Part shown: positions 24,872 to 34,672 of the stretch, one piece after another
How the letters are laid out: each line of letters opens with the position of its first letter
Position numbering within the stretch: position 1 is the stretch's first letter
Position numbers and translations under genes: made by a program
Virus record (IMG/VR): IMGVR_UViG_3300010354_000046
Span: 32,001 to 96,000 of that record
Strand: one strand, 5' to 3'
DNA length: 64,000 bases
Source: a virus
Notes under the pieces: generated by a model
Database searches by the model: none
Told to the model about the DNA's origin: nothing
The model's input: only the letters and a program-made list of their open reading frames with translations

Positions 24872-25563
24872 ATTTTTGATTCCTTAACAACTTGCTTTAC
24901 TAGTTCAACATCTGCGGGCAGTTTTTTAAATTTACTAGTCCAGAAAGGAACATCTATAATATTACTTATTGCCGCAAGCTGTTCATCGCTGAGTTTCTGT
25001 AGTAAATCTCTACCACTTTTACTATTAAGTACGATCCATGGACTTATCTTTCCGTCCTTTATGTCGTATACTGCTCTGCTCAAGCTAACGTATAAGAAAT
25101 AATGATTCCATTGTGCATTATTGGCTTCAGCCCATGTTAACATGTGACTTATACTTCTCTGCAATGCAGTCTCAACATTTTCTGTCTTGATTAAATCTAA
25201 AGCATATTTTTCGTATAGTTCTTCTCTGCACCAATGGTCAAGTTTAACTCCGCTTGATACTACATAGTCAATAAATTTGTCTGGGTATAACGGATTTACA
25301 TTGCTAACAAAACTTCCAAATTTTACAAATGCGTTATAATACGGACTTTTACAAAATTCTTCGTAGCTTTTGTTTTCAGTTTTATTTTTGTTTACTAATT
25401 TAAAAAATCGATTAAAAGCATCGTAACCCACTACGACATGTTTTTCTGTTTTGGCTAATGCACGTCGTTTCTGTTCGCATACATGCACAAATAAAGTTTT
25501 TTCTTTACTAAATTTGGTGCCACAATATTCACACGAAAAAGGTTGTTCTGCTAGTGCCATCAT
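24868..25563 (-). CDS. zinc-finger-containing protein
   Basis: CEYC...HVC at the N-terminus. Confidence 0.7.
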   Translation of the reverse strand: MMALAEQPFSCEYCGTKFSKEKTLFVHVCEQKRRALAKTEKHVVVGYDAFNRFFKLVNKNKTENKSYEEFCKSPYYNAFVKFGSFVSNVNPLYPDKFIDYVVSSGVKLDHWCREELYEKYALDLIKTENVETALQRSISHMLTWAEANNAQWNHYFLYVSLSRAVYDIKDGKISPWIVLNSKSGRDLLQKLSDEQLAAISNIIDVPFWTSKFKKLPADVELVKQVVKESKI

Positions 25564-26066
25564 TTAAGTTTCTTAGCCAGTGTTGCTTCATCTAACCCGT
25601 ATCTTCGACCTAATTCTTTTAATTCTTTATCTGTTATGAGTTCGGACAGCACTTCGATATCTTGCATCTTTCTGTTGGGATAAATTTCTGCTAAAAATTT
25701 TATTTTTTTATTTAGACTATTTTCCTTAGGTTTGAAACCAATCCATTCATGCAAGAATTGTTCTTTTTTATTGTAACTACAAGAACACAACAACATCCAT
25801 AATAGTTTAGGATGATCTTTTTGCAAAGTATTCCAGTGTTTGTTAAAACGTTCGTTGACAAACACAACAAAATGTTGTTGTTGTTCGGTAGTTGGCATAG
25901 GTTTGTTTTTTGGGCGGCCAACTACGCTAATGTATCTGTTCATTAAAAAGAGTTTACTTTTTAATTCTTTTCTCTGAGAGTCATCTAATGCATCCCATAG
26001 TTCGCTGACTCCGAGGTCAACCATGCTTATAACTTCTTTGGTAGATAGTTCAGGTGTTTTGCTCAT
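25560..26066 (-). CDS. putative clamp-loader small subunit (gp62-like)
   Basis: FLMNRYIS...N...HPKLLW...WIG...L...YP pattern; replication context; start at MSKTP. Confidence 0.5.
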   Translation of the reverse strand: MSKTPELSTKEVISMVDLGVSELWDALDDSQRKELKSKLFLMNRYISVVGRPKNKPMPTTEQQQHFVVFVNERFNKHWNTLQKDHPKLLWMLLCSCSYNKKEQFLHEWIGFKPKENSLNKKIKFLAEIYPNRKMQDIEVLSELITDKELKELGRRYGLDEATLAKKLK

Positions 26067-26685
26067 CTTTTGGAACCAATTTGCAATCAAATGCCATAAC
26101 TGTCCTGTGACCTTCGCCCTTCCATGGATAAACAACATGGGGTAAGTAACTAGGAAATACAATAACTTTTCCGGCGGCTGGAGTAAATTTCCAGGTATCA
26201 TTCATAATAAACTTTCCAACATCTTTAACATGGGGGAGTCTAAAATTAATTTGACAGTCGCTTGGTCTGCCTGTGTTATCGAGTTCGGGCACACTTATGT
26301 AAATATTACCACTGATATTTCCCAACGGGTGGGTGTGCATTTCTTGGTAATCACCGGCGAACTGTCTAATAGTCCAGATGCTTATAATTTTAGGTTTTAC
26401 AAATTGTAATTCTTGTGCGGCACTCTGGGCAGAAACAAGATCCATGTAACCCTGGCATATTGATTCTAAGTATCTCACAAGCCAACTTGCATCGTAGTTA
26501 ATTTCATTAGGATACACTTGTATCTGTTGCCCTCCACGAATACTAATATTAGGATCACCGGAATCATTTAACTCTGGGTGCCCATGCAATTGTTCTGCCA
26601 AATTAAAAATTTTACTAAATTCTGGTGGAGCAACATCGTCCATGGCCATTATAACTGGCTGAAAATACGCAACTGCTAGTGTCAT
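26050..26685 (-). CDS. putative 2OG-Fe(II) oxygenase
   Basis: HTH triad, VFPSYLPHVVYP, RTVMAFD. Confidence 0.75.
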   Translation of the reverse strand: MTLAVAYFQPVIMAMDDVAPPEFSKIFNLAEQLHGHPELNDSGDPNISIRGGQQIQVYPNEINYDASWLVRYLESICQGYMDLVSAQSAAQELQFVKPKIISIWTIRQFAGDYQEMHTHPLGNISGNIYISVPELDNTGRPSDCQINFRLPHVKDVGKFIMNDTWKFTPAAGKVIVFPSYLPHVVYPWKGEGHRTVMAFDCKLVPKDEQNT

Positions 26686-26921
26686 TTTACTTTATCCTTA
26701 CTTAATTTGTATATCATTATAGCACGATCAAGTGCTTTTTGTAAAGAGGGATTGGAATGTGCTTGGAACCGAATATCCTTCCACATTTCATCCATGGCTG
26801 CTTCACCTACGCTGTAATCCCATCCAATGGCTTTGCGTTCCTTTGAACCAAATTCACGAGCGTATGTTATCCCGCCCGCTCGTTCGTAGATATAAGTAGC
26901 ACCGGGTTTGAGAGTTCCCAT
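26682..26921 (-). CDS. hypothetical protein
   Basis: 79 aa ORF, IYER...YARE motif. Confidence 0.7.
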   Translation of the reverse strand: MGTLKPGATYIYERAGGITYAREFGSKERKAIGWDYSVGEAAMDEMWKDIRFQAHSNPSLQKALDRAIMIYKLSKDKVK

Positions 26922-27427
26922 TACAGTATTTTATCTAATTGAATAATTTCGCTTTGTCTTGAAATCTCTTTGACAAAATATACACAATCCGGTTTCTCTC
27001 CAAATCTAGTAGGAGTAGCAAGAAGTTGTCCGTTTTTCATCTTAGGAAAGTACCACTTGACATCATTATAAAAATTTACAATTTCAATCTTTTTAAATTC
27101 AACTCTAAAACTACTTAACGGATTGAATACTAATGCTTCAAAACCCCGATCATTTAAACTAGTTAACGGAAGTATTTCAATATCATTGGCACTACTGCTA
27201 TCTCCGACTGCAATACACCAGTCAATAGGCATAGTAACTTCGTCTTCACCTATTCGTAAAACCATTGCAGGTGCATTAAAACTTTCTAAGAATATTAATG
27301 GCATGAAAAAGAAATCAGGTTCTTTAGGATCTGAGTTGTCTAATACTGCAAATCTTGTATTTTCATCTACTTCGTCTGGAAGATTATTTAATGAAAAAGT
27401 TTCGTTGTTTAATGTTAGTATCTGCAT
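26921..27427 (-). CDS. hypothetical phage protein
   Basis: 168 aa ORF in operon. Confidence 0.75.
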   Translation of the reverse strand: MQILTLNNETFSLNNLPDEVDENTRFAVLDNSDPKEPDFFFMPLIFLESFNAPAMVLRIGEDEVTMPIDWCIAVGDSSSANDIEILPLTSLNDRGFEALVFNPLSSFRVEFKKIEIVNFYNDVKWYFPKMKNGQLLATPTRFGEKPDCVYFVKEISRQSEIIQLDKIL

Positions 27428-27430
27428 ACT

Positions 27431-28129
27431 TTATGTCTTCCTATTAATTATGTTTCTTATTTTTGGATAACGCAGCTTTGGATTTAAAGAAAATTCCCAG
27501 TGAGCAAATTTTTTATCAAAAATTTCTTTGGTCATAACCATAGTTTTTAATTCCCAGGGTTCTTCTGTCAATGGTATAAGCTGGGCCATTGGCAAACCGG
27601 CCTTTACCCTTAATACTTGTTTTTGTTGCGGCATCTTTACAATGGTAGCTACATTCGAATCGTGTTGTCCTCTGAACTCGGCAACACCAGTTACCAGTGT
27701 TAATTGTTGTGGATCTTCTTGCCACCACACAGGTTGTGTCCATACCCATGGTATAGGCTCGTTACACCAGAATAACCACGGGCTATTAAATTTAATATTA
27801 ATGTAACCTGGCCATGCCCCACTAGCTTGTTCTGCCAAATCATGAGATACTACTGGTTGCATAGTGGACTGCATTCCGGTAAGAACGTCAATACCTTTCA
27901 CAGGATCAATTGTAATCTCGTGATCTGCCCATAGCGGAATAATAACGCCTTTATTATACAGATCTTTTAATCCAAAGCAATTCCTAACATTAACAACATT
28001 ATTTCCTGAAGGTAAATTATGATACCATTTAGGAATACATTTTCGTGATTCGACAACTGGAAATAAATCTATTAAATCGCCTACTGGGGCGTATGCTTCT
28101 AAGATTATTTTTTTCTTTTTAAAAAACAT
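27431..28129 (-). CDS. hypothetical protein (paralog of 55617-56393)
   Basis: MFFKKKKI start, C.G..D...G...PLW.D, KF.SPW, KAG.P...IP. Confidence 0.7.
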   Translation of the reverse strand: MFFKKKKIILEAYAPVGDLIDLFPVVESRKCIPKWYHNLPSGNNVVNVRNCFGLKDLYNKGVIIPLWADHEITIDPVKGIDVLTGMQSTMQPVVSHDLAEQASGAWPGYINIKFNSPWLFWCNEPIPWVWTQPVWWQEDPQQLTLVTGVAEFRGQHDSNVATIVKMPQQKQVLRVKAGLPMAQLIPLTEEPWELKTMVMTKEIFDKKFAHWEFSLNPKLRYPKIRNIINRKT

Positions 28130-28135
28130 GTTTAG

Positions 28136-29602
28136 TTATTGCCAATCTGTCTTTTCAAGCGAGAACGGATATTTCGCATCCTTATAAAATTTCTTCCTCT
28201 GAGTAAGATGCCTCTTGGCATACTTACAGGTCGAAGTGATGTCCCATATCTGGACGAAGTCCTTGTCCTCTGCTTTTCTAATGCCTCGCCCAATTGATTG
28301 TATAACGCGGACAAAGCTCTTTCCGGGTTCCAAAAGGACCAGATTAAAAATCCGAGGAATGTTAATACCAACAGCGGCCACACCATAAGTCGCCACAGTA
28401 ATCTTTTCATTGCTAGTTGCATGTTCTTTATATTCTTCTTTACGTTTTGATCCTTTTACTTCGCCCGAAATAAAAGTTGTATCTTCTAACATTTCTGTTA
28501 GCATATTGCCTGTGTCAATCCTATTAACTAGAACTAACGTATTACCCGACTCTGCTACACCTTTAATTAATTTGCCTATATATTGCATTCGATCTTTATT
28601 AGTTACCAAATACTTTAACTCTTCTGCATAAGATTTAAATTCTGGTAGATCTACTAATTGTACTACATTTACGTGTAAATTGCTAAGAATTCCGAGCTCT
28701 TGTAACTCGTGTGCTTTGATGCCGCCTACCACTGGTCCAATACTGGCAAAGATTGGTTCTGCTTCAAATGCATCCTTAGGAACAGTACCAGTCAATCCCC
28801 AGCGAATAGGACTGTTAGCTAGGTTGTGTGTTAGCAAGTTTTTCAATACATCTGCTTTGGCCATATGTACTTCGTCAACAATAACTGTTTCTACCCCGTA
28901 CAAAAACTCTGCCAAACTCAATGCCTCTTCTAAGTCCCAATTTTTAGATTTTTTGTCTAGTACATTAAGACTTTGCCAAGTGCAAATAGTGTGTGTATGA
29001 CCGATCATTTTACGATCTCCAAAATACACACCAACATCTAAACCAACATTAAGGAAATCTTCTTCGGTTTGTGTAACAAGATCCTTGTTAGGAACAATGG
29101 TTACTGTACGACCATATTTTTCAGCGCAATGGGCTAGTGTTGCAGTCATGATAGTCTTACCGGCACCTGTAGCTACTTCTTGTAATGCCTGCGTATGCTC
29201 AAAGAATCTGTTAACAATCTCTACTTGGTCGTCTCTTAGTACGATAGGTTGACCTTCGAATCTATGACCTTTAGGCCAAACTTTGCCTTGGTCGGCCCAG
29301 TATGTGGTTGTAACTTTTTCAAATGAAATTTTTGAAGATTTTCGCAAATCTTCAATTTCATCAATTTCTACATTACAAGCATCTAGTATGCCTAATACTT
29401 TTTCTAGTTGATTCAAATAGCCAACACCGCCTAAACCAAACAGGCTGACCGTGCCATCCCAGCGTCCTAATTTATACGCAGGTCTGTATCTTGCAGTCGG
29501 GTCCTCGTACTTAAAATTTGCCACAAGTTTCTTACGGACATCAAGAGAAAGTCCTTCTAGTTTAATGTTAACTTCGTCTTTTATGATTAATTTTACTGTC
29601 AT
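28136..29602 (-). CDS. uvsW: SF2 DNA helicase (UvsW-like)
   Basis: ATGAGKT, DEVH, TGT, QSIGRGIR motifs. Confidence 0.88.
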   Translation of the reverse strand: MTVKLIIKDEVNIKLEGLSLDVRKKLVANFKYEDPTARYRPAYKLGRWDGTVSLFGLGGVGYLNQLEKVLGILDACNVEIDEIEDLRKSSKISFEKVTTTYWADQGKVWPKGHRFEGQPIVLRDDQVEIVNRFFEHTQALQEVATGAGKTIMTATLAHCAEKYGRTVTIVPNKDLVTQTEEDFLNVGLDVGVYFGDRKMIGHTHTICTWQSLNVLDKKSKNWDLEEALSLAEFLYGVETVIVDEVHMAKADVLKNLLTHNLANSPIRWGLTGTVPKDAFEAEPIFASIGPVVGGIKAHELQELGILSNLHVNVVQLVDLPEFKSYAEELKYLVTNKDRMQYIGKLIKGVAESGNTLVLVNRIDTGNMLTEMLEDTTFISGEVKGSKRKEEYKEHATSNEKITVATYGVAAVGINIPRIFNLVLLEPGKSFVRVIQSIGRGIRKAEDKDFVQIWDITSTCKYAKRHLTQRKKFYKDAKYPFSLEKTDWQ

Positions 29603-30768
29603 ACTAGGATTGGTTCTTTTTCTGAATAATAAATTATTAGGTCGCAAGATAAAGCATACGAACTAGTTTTGTTATTTCTTAAATTGTGGTTCAATGCAAT
29701 TATACTCATTGGTTTCCAATCAGTTTTTAGCAAAAATTTAGGAATTTTTCCATTTTGTACACCGACTATTTTTGTTTCTTTATCAACAGGGCAGTTAAAT
29801 TTCTTTTCAGAAATATGTTGATTAAATTTTCTTCCGTCTTCATTATTATCAAGTCTAAAGTATATTCCTACACCTTCAAAAATTCCGTTTTTTTCCAAAT
29901 TTTCGGTCAAATTTTGAAGGTCTTCAAAGCATTGATTTTCATTATTTCCTTCAAAAACAACTAGGCAAGGAAACCTTTTTAGCTCTACTAACGACTTGAA
30001 TATTTCTTCCAACGAATGATTATTTTTTCCTATCCAGAAAACAGATTTTTCACGCATTGCGATTTCTTCGGTTAAATTTTTAGGTGTTTCAATAGGGTCA
30101 CAAAAATATTGATAACGTATTCGCCTATCATTAATGATTGCCTGTGTTAATGGAGTTTCTAAACCTAAATCTTCTGTAATAGCATTTTGAAAATTTTTGT
30201 TGTCAATTGAGCTAATATTGTACTGACTAAAAATTTCCTCTTTTTTCCAAGATTTTATGGTATTGTAATATTCTATTAATTTTTCGTCAACTGAAAATTT
30301 ATAAGGTTTAAGAGATTCTACTAACAATACAATATTTTTTTCATCTAGGTCGGCAATGTATAATTTTCCATTAGTAACCGGTTCTAGCCCTGTAATTTTT
30401 TTCGTAATTTCTTGCATGATCTTTCGTATGCTACTGGAAAACGTAAATTCTACAATGATCTTTGCATCTTTTTCAGCATTACTAGACAAGTAAATTTTCC
30501 TGACAACTTCGATAATTCTAAAAGGCTTTGACCACAGGCCTAACTCTAAAACTTCTTCTAAATTTTTATAGTGCGTTAGAATTTTTTCCTTATTTTCTGT
30601 TAAAATTCTAACCAACAGATCTCCTTGATTAGCTGTAAGAAAATTTCCCTGCTTTAAAGAAGAATGTAGACTTGTTAAAACCTTGAAGTCGCGTGTTGTA
30701 ACTAAACTTTCCGGTGACGGCTCGCCAGAAGCTATAAAATTTGTAAAAAAATGATCGATAGTTAACAT
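29599..30768 (-). CDS. hypothetical protein
   Basis: 389 aa ORF; TTGACA-16 nt-TATAAT 6 nt upstream of ATG. Confidence 0.75.
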   Translation of the reverse strand: MLTIDHFFTNFIASGEPSPESLVTTRDFKVLTSLHSSLKQGNFLTANQGDLLVRILTENKEKILTHYKNLEEVLELGLWSKPFRIIEVVRKIYLSSNAEKDAKIIVEFTFSSSIRKIMQEITKKITGLEPVTNGKLYIADLDEKNIVLLVESLKPYKFSVDEKLIEYYNTIKSWKKEEIFSQYNISSIDNKNFQNAITEDLGLETPLTQAIINDRRIRYQYFCDPIETPKNLTEEIAMREKSVFWIGKNNHSLEEIFKSLVELKRFPCLVVFEGNNENQCFEDLQNLTENLEKNGIFEGVGIYFRLDNNEDGRKFNQHISEKKFNCPVDKETKIVGVQNGKIPKFLLKTDWKPMSIIALNHNLRNNKTSSYALSCDLIIYYSEKEPILV

Positions 30769-30808
30769 AGCTTTATTATAAATGATTTTTTATAATTGTC
30801 AACCGGTA

Positions 30809-31762
30809 TTACTCAAGACGGTATCCGAGATCAAAATGATCAAATAAGGTACTGCCTCTTTCGTGCCGTGTATGGTGTGTCCAAAAAACAGGGTTAAAAG
30901 CAGTTTTTACTAATTCTGGATTCAAACAGATATGGTCTACTAATACCTGTTCAATTTTTTCAATTCTTTTTGCATTGTTAGCAATGTACCATCGATGAAA
31001 GGATACACTTTTATAAAAATCACTTTTAATGATTGAACAATCGATATCAATATCAGCATTGGGCCACATAAATTTAGTGTTATTGCCATTGCTCCAACAA
31101 TTTTCATTAATATTTGATAAATCTTCGGCAAAATCACTAAAGTATCGATATAAGATAAATTCGCTTACTTCTTTTATGTTTGTCACATAAGGATCAAATA
31201 CACGATTAATGTCTAATGATTGTAAAAGTTTTTTGACGTTTGAAGTTTTACAGCGAAATGGAGTTGCCGGAGCCCAAAACCAGCTAGGAGTAGTGGAACC
31301 GGTAACTTTTTGACATAAATTTGCAAAATTAAAATAAATTTGCAACTCTGGAGCCATTACGTCTTGTAATTTTACAGAGCCTTGTAACGGCTTGTAAATT
31401 AAATTATTTCCTTCAGGCGATCCCCATTCGTTAAGATTGACATTTCGTAATAGAATGTCTTTGCTGTCGAGTAAAAGGTAAGATTCTTCCGAAATTTTCT
31501 CAGAGATTACAAACTTTAATACCTGTTGCCTGATATACCCTGGAAGATGGTTAATTAAAATTAAATTTTTTGCTTCTAATAATTCTAAAGTGTGATTAGT
31601 GTATAATGGTCGGAATAGGTCCTCCCATTCTTTTATTGATTTTTTAGAATTTTCGACAATAACGTAGTGTGTGTGACGACCTTGAAGGAATTTGTTGATA
31701 CTATAGGACTGTAGTCTAGCAATTTCGATATCTCGGTCGCACGTTACTGTTACAAGAGCCAT
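30809..31762 (-). CDS. putative glycosyltransferase-like (DUF6492-like) protein
   Basis: GYIRQQVLKF, YLLLDSKD, SEFILY. Confidence 0.5.
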   Translation of the reverse strand: MALVTVTCDRDIEIARLQSYSINKFLQGRHTHYVIVENSKKSIKEWEDLFRPLYTNHTLELLEAKNLILINHLPGYIRQQVLKFVISEKISEESYLLLDSKDILLRNVNLNEWGSPEGNNLIYKPLQGSVKLQDVMAPELQIYFNFANLCQKVTGSTTPSWFWAPATPFRCKTSNVKKLLQSLDINRVFDPYVTNIKEVSEFILYRYFSDFAEDLSNINENCWSNGNNTKFMWPNADIDIDCSIIKSDFYKSVSFHRWYIANNAKRIEKIEQVLVDHICLNPELVKTAFNPVFWTHHTRHERGSTLFDHFDLGYRLE

Positions 31763-32217
31763 TATAAAGAAGCATCTTCCATTCCTGCAACACGCAACTT
31801 AACAATATTAGTAATCTGCCACTGTTTCTGGTCTAAGGCTTTAGTAATACCCAACCATTTGTTGCGTAACAGAGCAAATTCGTTAATAATCTTCTCAAAA
31901 TCTACAACGTCGGCTTCGCCCTCCACAAACTTTTCACAGTCTCTGGAGGACAAAGCTCGTTGATAGTTTTCTAAGTATTTTCTAAAGTGTTGACTCTTAA
32001 GTCGACGGAGCTCGATATTTAAATATTCCAAAATTGCTTCAATTTCCTGAAGCTGACTAAATCTTTGTTCAACAATTCCAGGCATCGAAGCTGCCGCTCG
32101 TTCAACATTACCTGTAATGCGACATTCTAACCTTGCATCTTGCAATTCAGTGTTAAAAAAGTCAACAGCATCAGGAATATGCGATATATCTTTTGAAATT
32201 TTTGTATACCAGCTCAT
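31762..32217 (-). CDS. uvsY: recombination mediator (UvsY-like)
   Basis: Helical 151 aa protein, KALDQKQWQITNIVKLRVAG; next to uvsX. Confidence 0.7.
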   Translation of the reverse strand: MSWYTKISKDISHIPDAVDFFNTELQDARLECRITGNVERAAASMPGIVEQRFSQLQEIEAILEYLNIELRRLKSQHFRKYLENYQRALSSRDCEKFVEGEADVVDFEKIINEFALLRNKWLGITKALDQKQWQITNIVKLRVAGMEDASL

Positions 32218-32453
32218 TAGAACTCTAATTCTTTATAATCGTCGTCGTCTTCTTCGTCTTCTTCATCTAGGTAATACTCTATAGCCTGGTCAAGTACGCT
32301 GTCAACGCCCATAGCACTTTGCATGACACGGTCGCTAACACCATAATCTGCTAAAAGATCTACATAGCGTTCGGCTGCTGCCTCAATTTGTTTCTTTTCG
32401 ATGAAATCGCTAAACAGCATCCAAACATCACCAATTTGAGATTCATTCAACAT
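32217..32453 (-). CDS. acidic hypothetical protein
   Basis: ORF in operon with poly-D/E tail. Confidence 0.7.
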   Translation of the reverse strand: MLNESQIGDVWMLFSDFIEKKQIEAAAERYVDLLADYGVSDRVMQSAMGVDSVLDQAIEYYLDEEDEEDDDDYKELEF

Positions 32454-33501
32454 GTTCTTCATTCTCCTCAGGAACGGTAGTTGTAGGTTTGATATGAAAT
32501 TTTTCCATTATCATATCTAATTTATCATCTTTCCATTCTTTTCGGTAGAATTTGAACTCTTCTCCAGTCTCTGGGTCAACCCACTTGAGTCTATTACCTT
32601 CTTGCTTGAGCAAACCTTCCTTCTCAAACAAATCGACAACACCACTATAAGGATTCATGCCTGTTTCATAAGGAATCTTAACTTGAACACCTTCAAAAGG
32701 TTTAGCATAGCGTGTTTTCATAATTTTACATGCCGCACGAATACCGTTTACTTCTGAAACCTTGTTGCCATCTTCGTCTTCTTTGAGTTTTAGCTTCTTC
32801 ATCGCAACTACAATGCTAGATGCATAGATAAAACCTTGTCCGCCTGAAATTTTATCATCGGGATCGAACATATCTTGACTAGCGTATGTGTGATTAGTGG
32901 CAACTAGTCCAATGTTTAGTGAACCAAACATGTTTACACAGTTACGAACAAGTGCTGTCAGTGCTTTAGGCTTACGACCCATGTCACCTTTCAAATCGCC
33001 TGCTTCAAACTGATTAACGTCAGTAGGTGTTAGCAACATACCGAGCGAGTCAACTACAAACAAGACCTTTGGTCGTGTTTCTTCAGGCATTTCTTTGTAT
33101 TCTTTGATAAACTCGTTAATAGTTTTAGCAACATCGTCAATCATTGCCATATTAAGTTTGAGTAGCTTGTCTTCGCTAGTATCGACGCCAAGTGCCTTAA
33201 GCCATTCTTCGTCGAGCGCATTTTCGCTATCAATCAAGACAACATAAATGCCCTGTGCTTGTGCATTTTTAACAATATTGCCAGAGCAAATGTAAGACTT
33301 ACCTGCACCAGACTCACCCGCAAATACCGTGACTTTACCTAGAGGAATACCTCTGTGGAAATCACCACTAATAAGATAATTTAAGGCGTAATTGCCTGTG
33401 CTAACCCAGTCTGTAGGATCTGTAAATCCTACGCTAAGTCCGTCAATAGACTTAGTCAAAGTTTTTCTAAATTTCGATAAATCGAAGGCTTTTGTAGCCA
33501 T
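32443..33501 (-). CDS. uvsX: RecA-like recombinase (UvsX)
   Basis: GESGAGKS, IDSENA, VVDSLG, SGGQG motifs. Confidence 0.92.
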   Translation of the reverse strand: MATKAFDLSKFRKTLTKSIDGLSVGFTDPTDWVSTGNYALNYLISGDFHRGIPLGKVTVFAGESGAGKSYICSGNIVKNAQAQGIYVVLIDSENALDEEWLKALGVDTSEDKLLKLNMAMIDDVAKTINEFIKEYKEMPEETRPKVLFVVDSLGMLLTPTDVNQFEAGDLKGDMGRKPKALTALVRNCVNMFGSLNIGLVATNHTYASQDMFDPDDKISGGQGFIYASSIVVAMKKLKLKEDEDGNKVSEVNGIRAACKIMKTRYAKPFEGVQVKIPYETGMNPYSGVVDLFEKEGLLKQEGNRLKWVDPETGEEFKFYRKEWKDDKLDMIMEKFHIKPTTTVPEENEEHVE

Positions 33502-33567
33502 AGTTATTCTCCTAAAATAGATAACTTGGGCGTACGGTGATCAACCCGCAGAGGCCCAAGCCGTGTT

Positions 33568-34542
33568 TTACTTTTGACGATTGCGGATCATTGCCAAGAT
33601 GTCTTGTGCTCGGCTATCGCCACCGCCTGTGCTTGCAGGTGCTTCTGCTTTAGATGCAGGTGCTTCTGCTTTAGGAGTTGCTTTTGGTGCAGGTTCATCT
33701 TCGAAATCATCGGCTGCTGCCTTTGATGTTTTAGCCTGCGGATCACCAGTTGCGGCGCTCATTCCTGCTGGTTTGAAATACTGACCCCAACGATCCATGT
33801 CATATGCTTCACCATCAACAGATGCTTCGAACATTTCTTTCATTACCTTAAGCTCAACATCTGTTGGCTTCTTAGGTAAGAAATCGTTCAAATTAAACAA
33901 ACCATGTTGTTTAATTGCTGTTTGTTCATCATCGCTTAGTGGACGCTCACGACGCGACCATGTTGATGTAGAGTAATCGGCATAACCGCCTTTACTACCC
34001 TTTTTCATACGGAAGTCTAATCCATGTACAAAGTCAGTTGGCAAATCTTCCAATTCTGGATCAACCAGCGCAGAACGAATCAATTGGAAAATCTGTGGTC
34101 CGATAATGAATCGGCGAATTGGGTTTTCAGGGTGTTCTGTTTCCTTTAAACCATCCTCAACAACAAAACCTTGGAAGATGTAACTACGCTTTTTCCAGTA
34201 TTTACGACCCATGTCTTCTAGACTAGGATCCTTAAACCAAGGACGAACCTCGCTCAGAATGGGACAAGTTTCTCCGTACATTTCCATGCAAGGAACATTA
34301 ACTACTACTGGTTTGCTTTCTGATTCACCTTTTACGCCTGCGAACGGCAATTTGATCATTGCTCGTTCAACCCAGAAAAAAGTGTTGTCGGTGTTACCAT
34401 CTGGTAAGAATCGCAGAACGGATTCGCTACCTTCTTTTAGATTCCAGAACGGATAAATTGAATTATCTCCGCCTGTTCTTTCTCCTGAACCTTTTTGTTC
34501 AGATGCCTTAAGTTTTGCTCTAATTTCAGCCAAAGTTGCCAT
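33568..34542 (-). CDS. single-stranded DNA-binding protein (gp32-like)
   Basis: MATLAEIRAKL, LRFLPD, CPI...GRKYWKKRSY, GYADYS; AAGGAG RBS. Confidence 0.88.
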   Translation of the reverse strand: MATLAEIRAKLKASEQKGSGERTGGDNSIYPFWNLKEGSESVLRFLPDGNTDNTFFWVERAMIKLPFAGVKGESESKPVVVNVPCMEMYGETCPILSEVRPWFKDPSLEDMGRKYWKKRSYIFQGFVVEDGLKETEHPENPIRRFIIGPQIFQLIRSALVDPELEDLPTDFVHGLDFRMKKGSKGGYADYSTSTWSRRERPLSDDEQTAIKQHGLFNLNDFLPKKPTDVELKVMKEMFEASVDGEAYDMDRWGQYFKPAGMSAATGDPQAKTSKAAADDFEDEPAPKATPKAEAPASKAEAPASTGGGDSRAQDILAMIRNRQK

Positions 34543-34602
34543 AATTTTCTCCTTTATTAGCCTTTGTTTTTTATGTGCCTTTATTTGTTGAAACCTATCA
34601 AC

Positions 34603-34649
34603 AAAAAACGCATACATGTTATTGTATGCGTTTTTATTTAGTCTTGCAA
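34603..34649 (-). terminator. intrinsic terminator overlapping a sigma70-like promoter of the SSB gene
   Basis: 13-bp stem 34604-34616/34623-34635 with T-run; TTGCAA-17 nt-TACAAT. Confidence 0.65.
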
Positions 34650-34672
34650 GAACTTTTTTGTTCTAAATGTGA

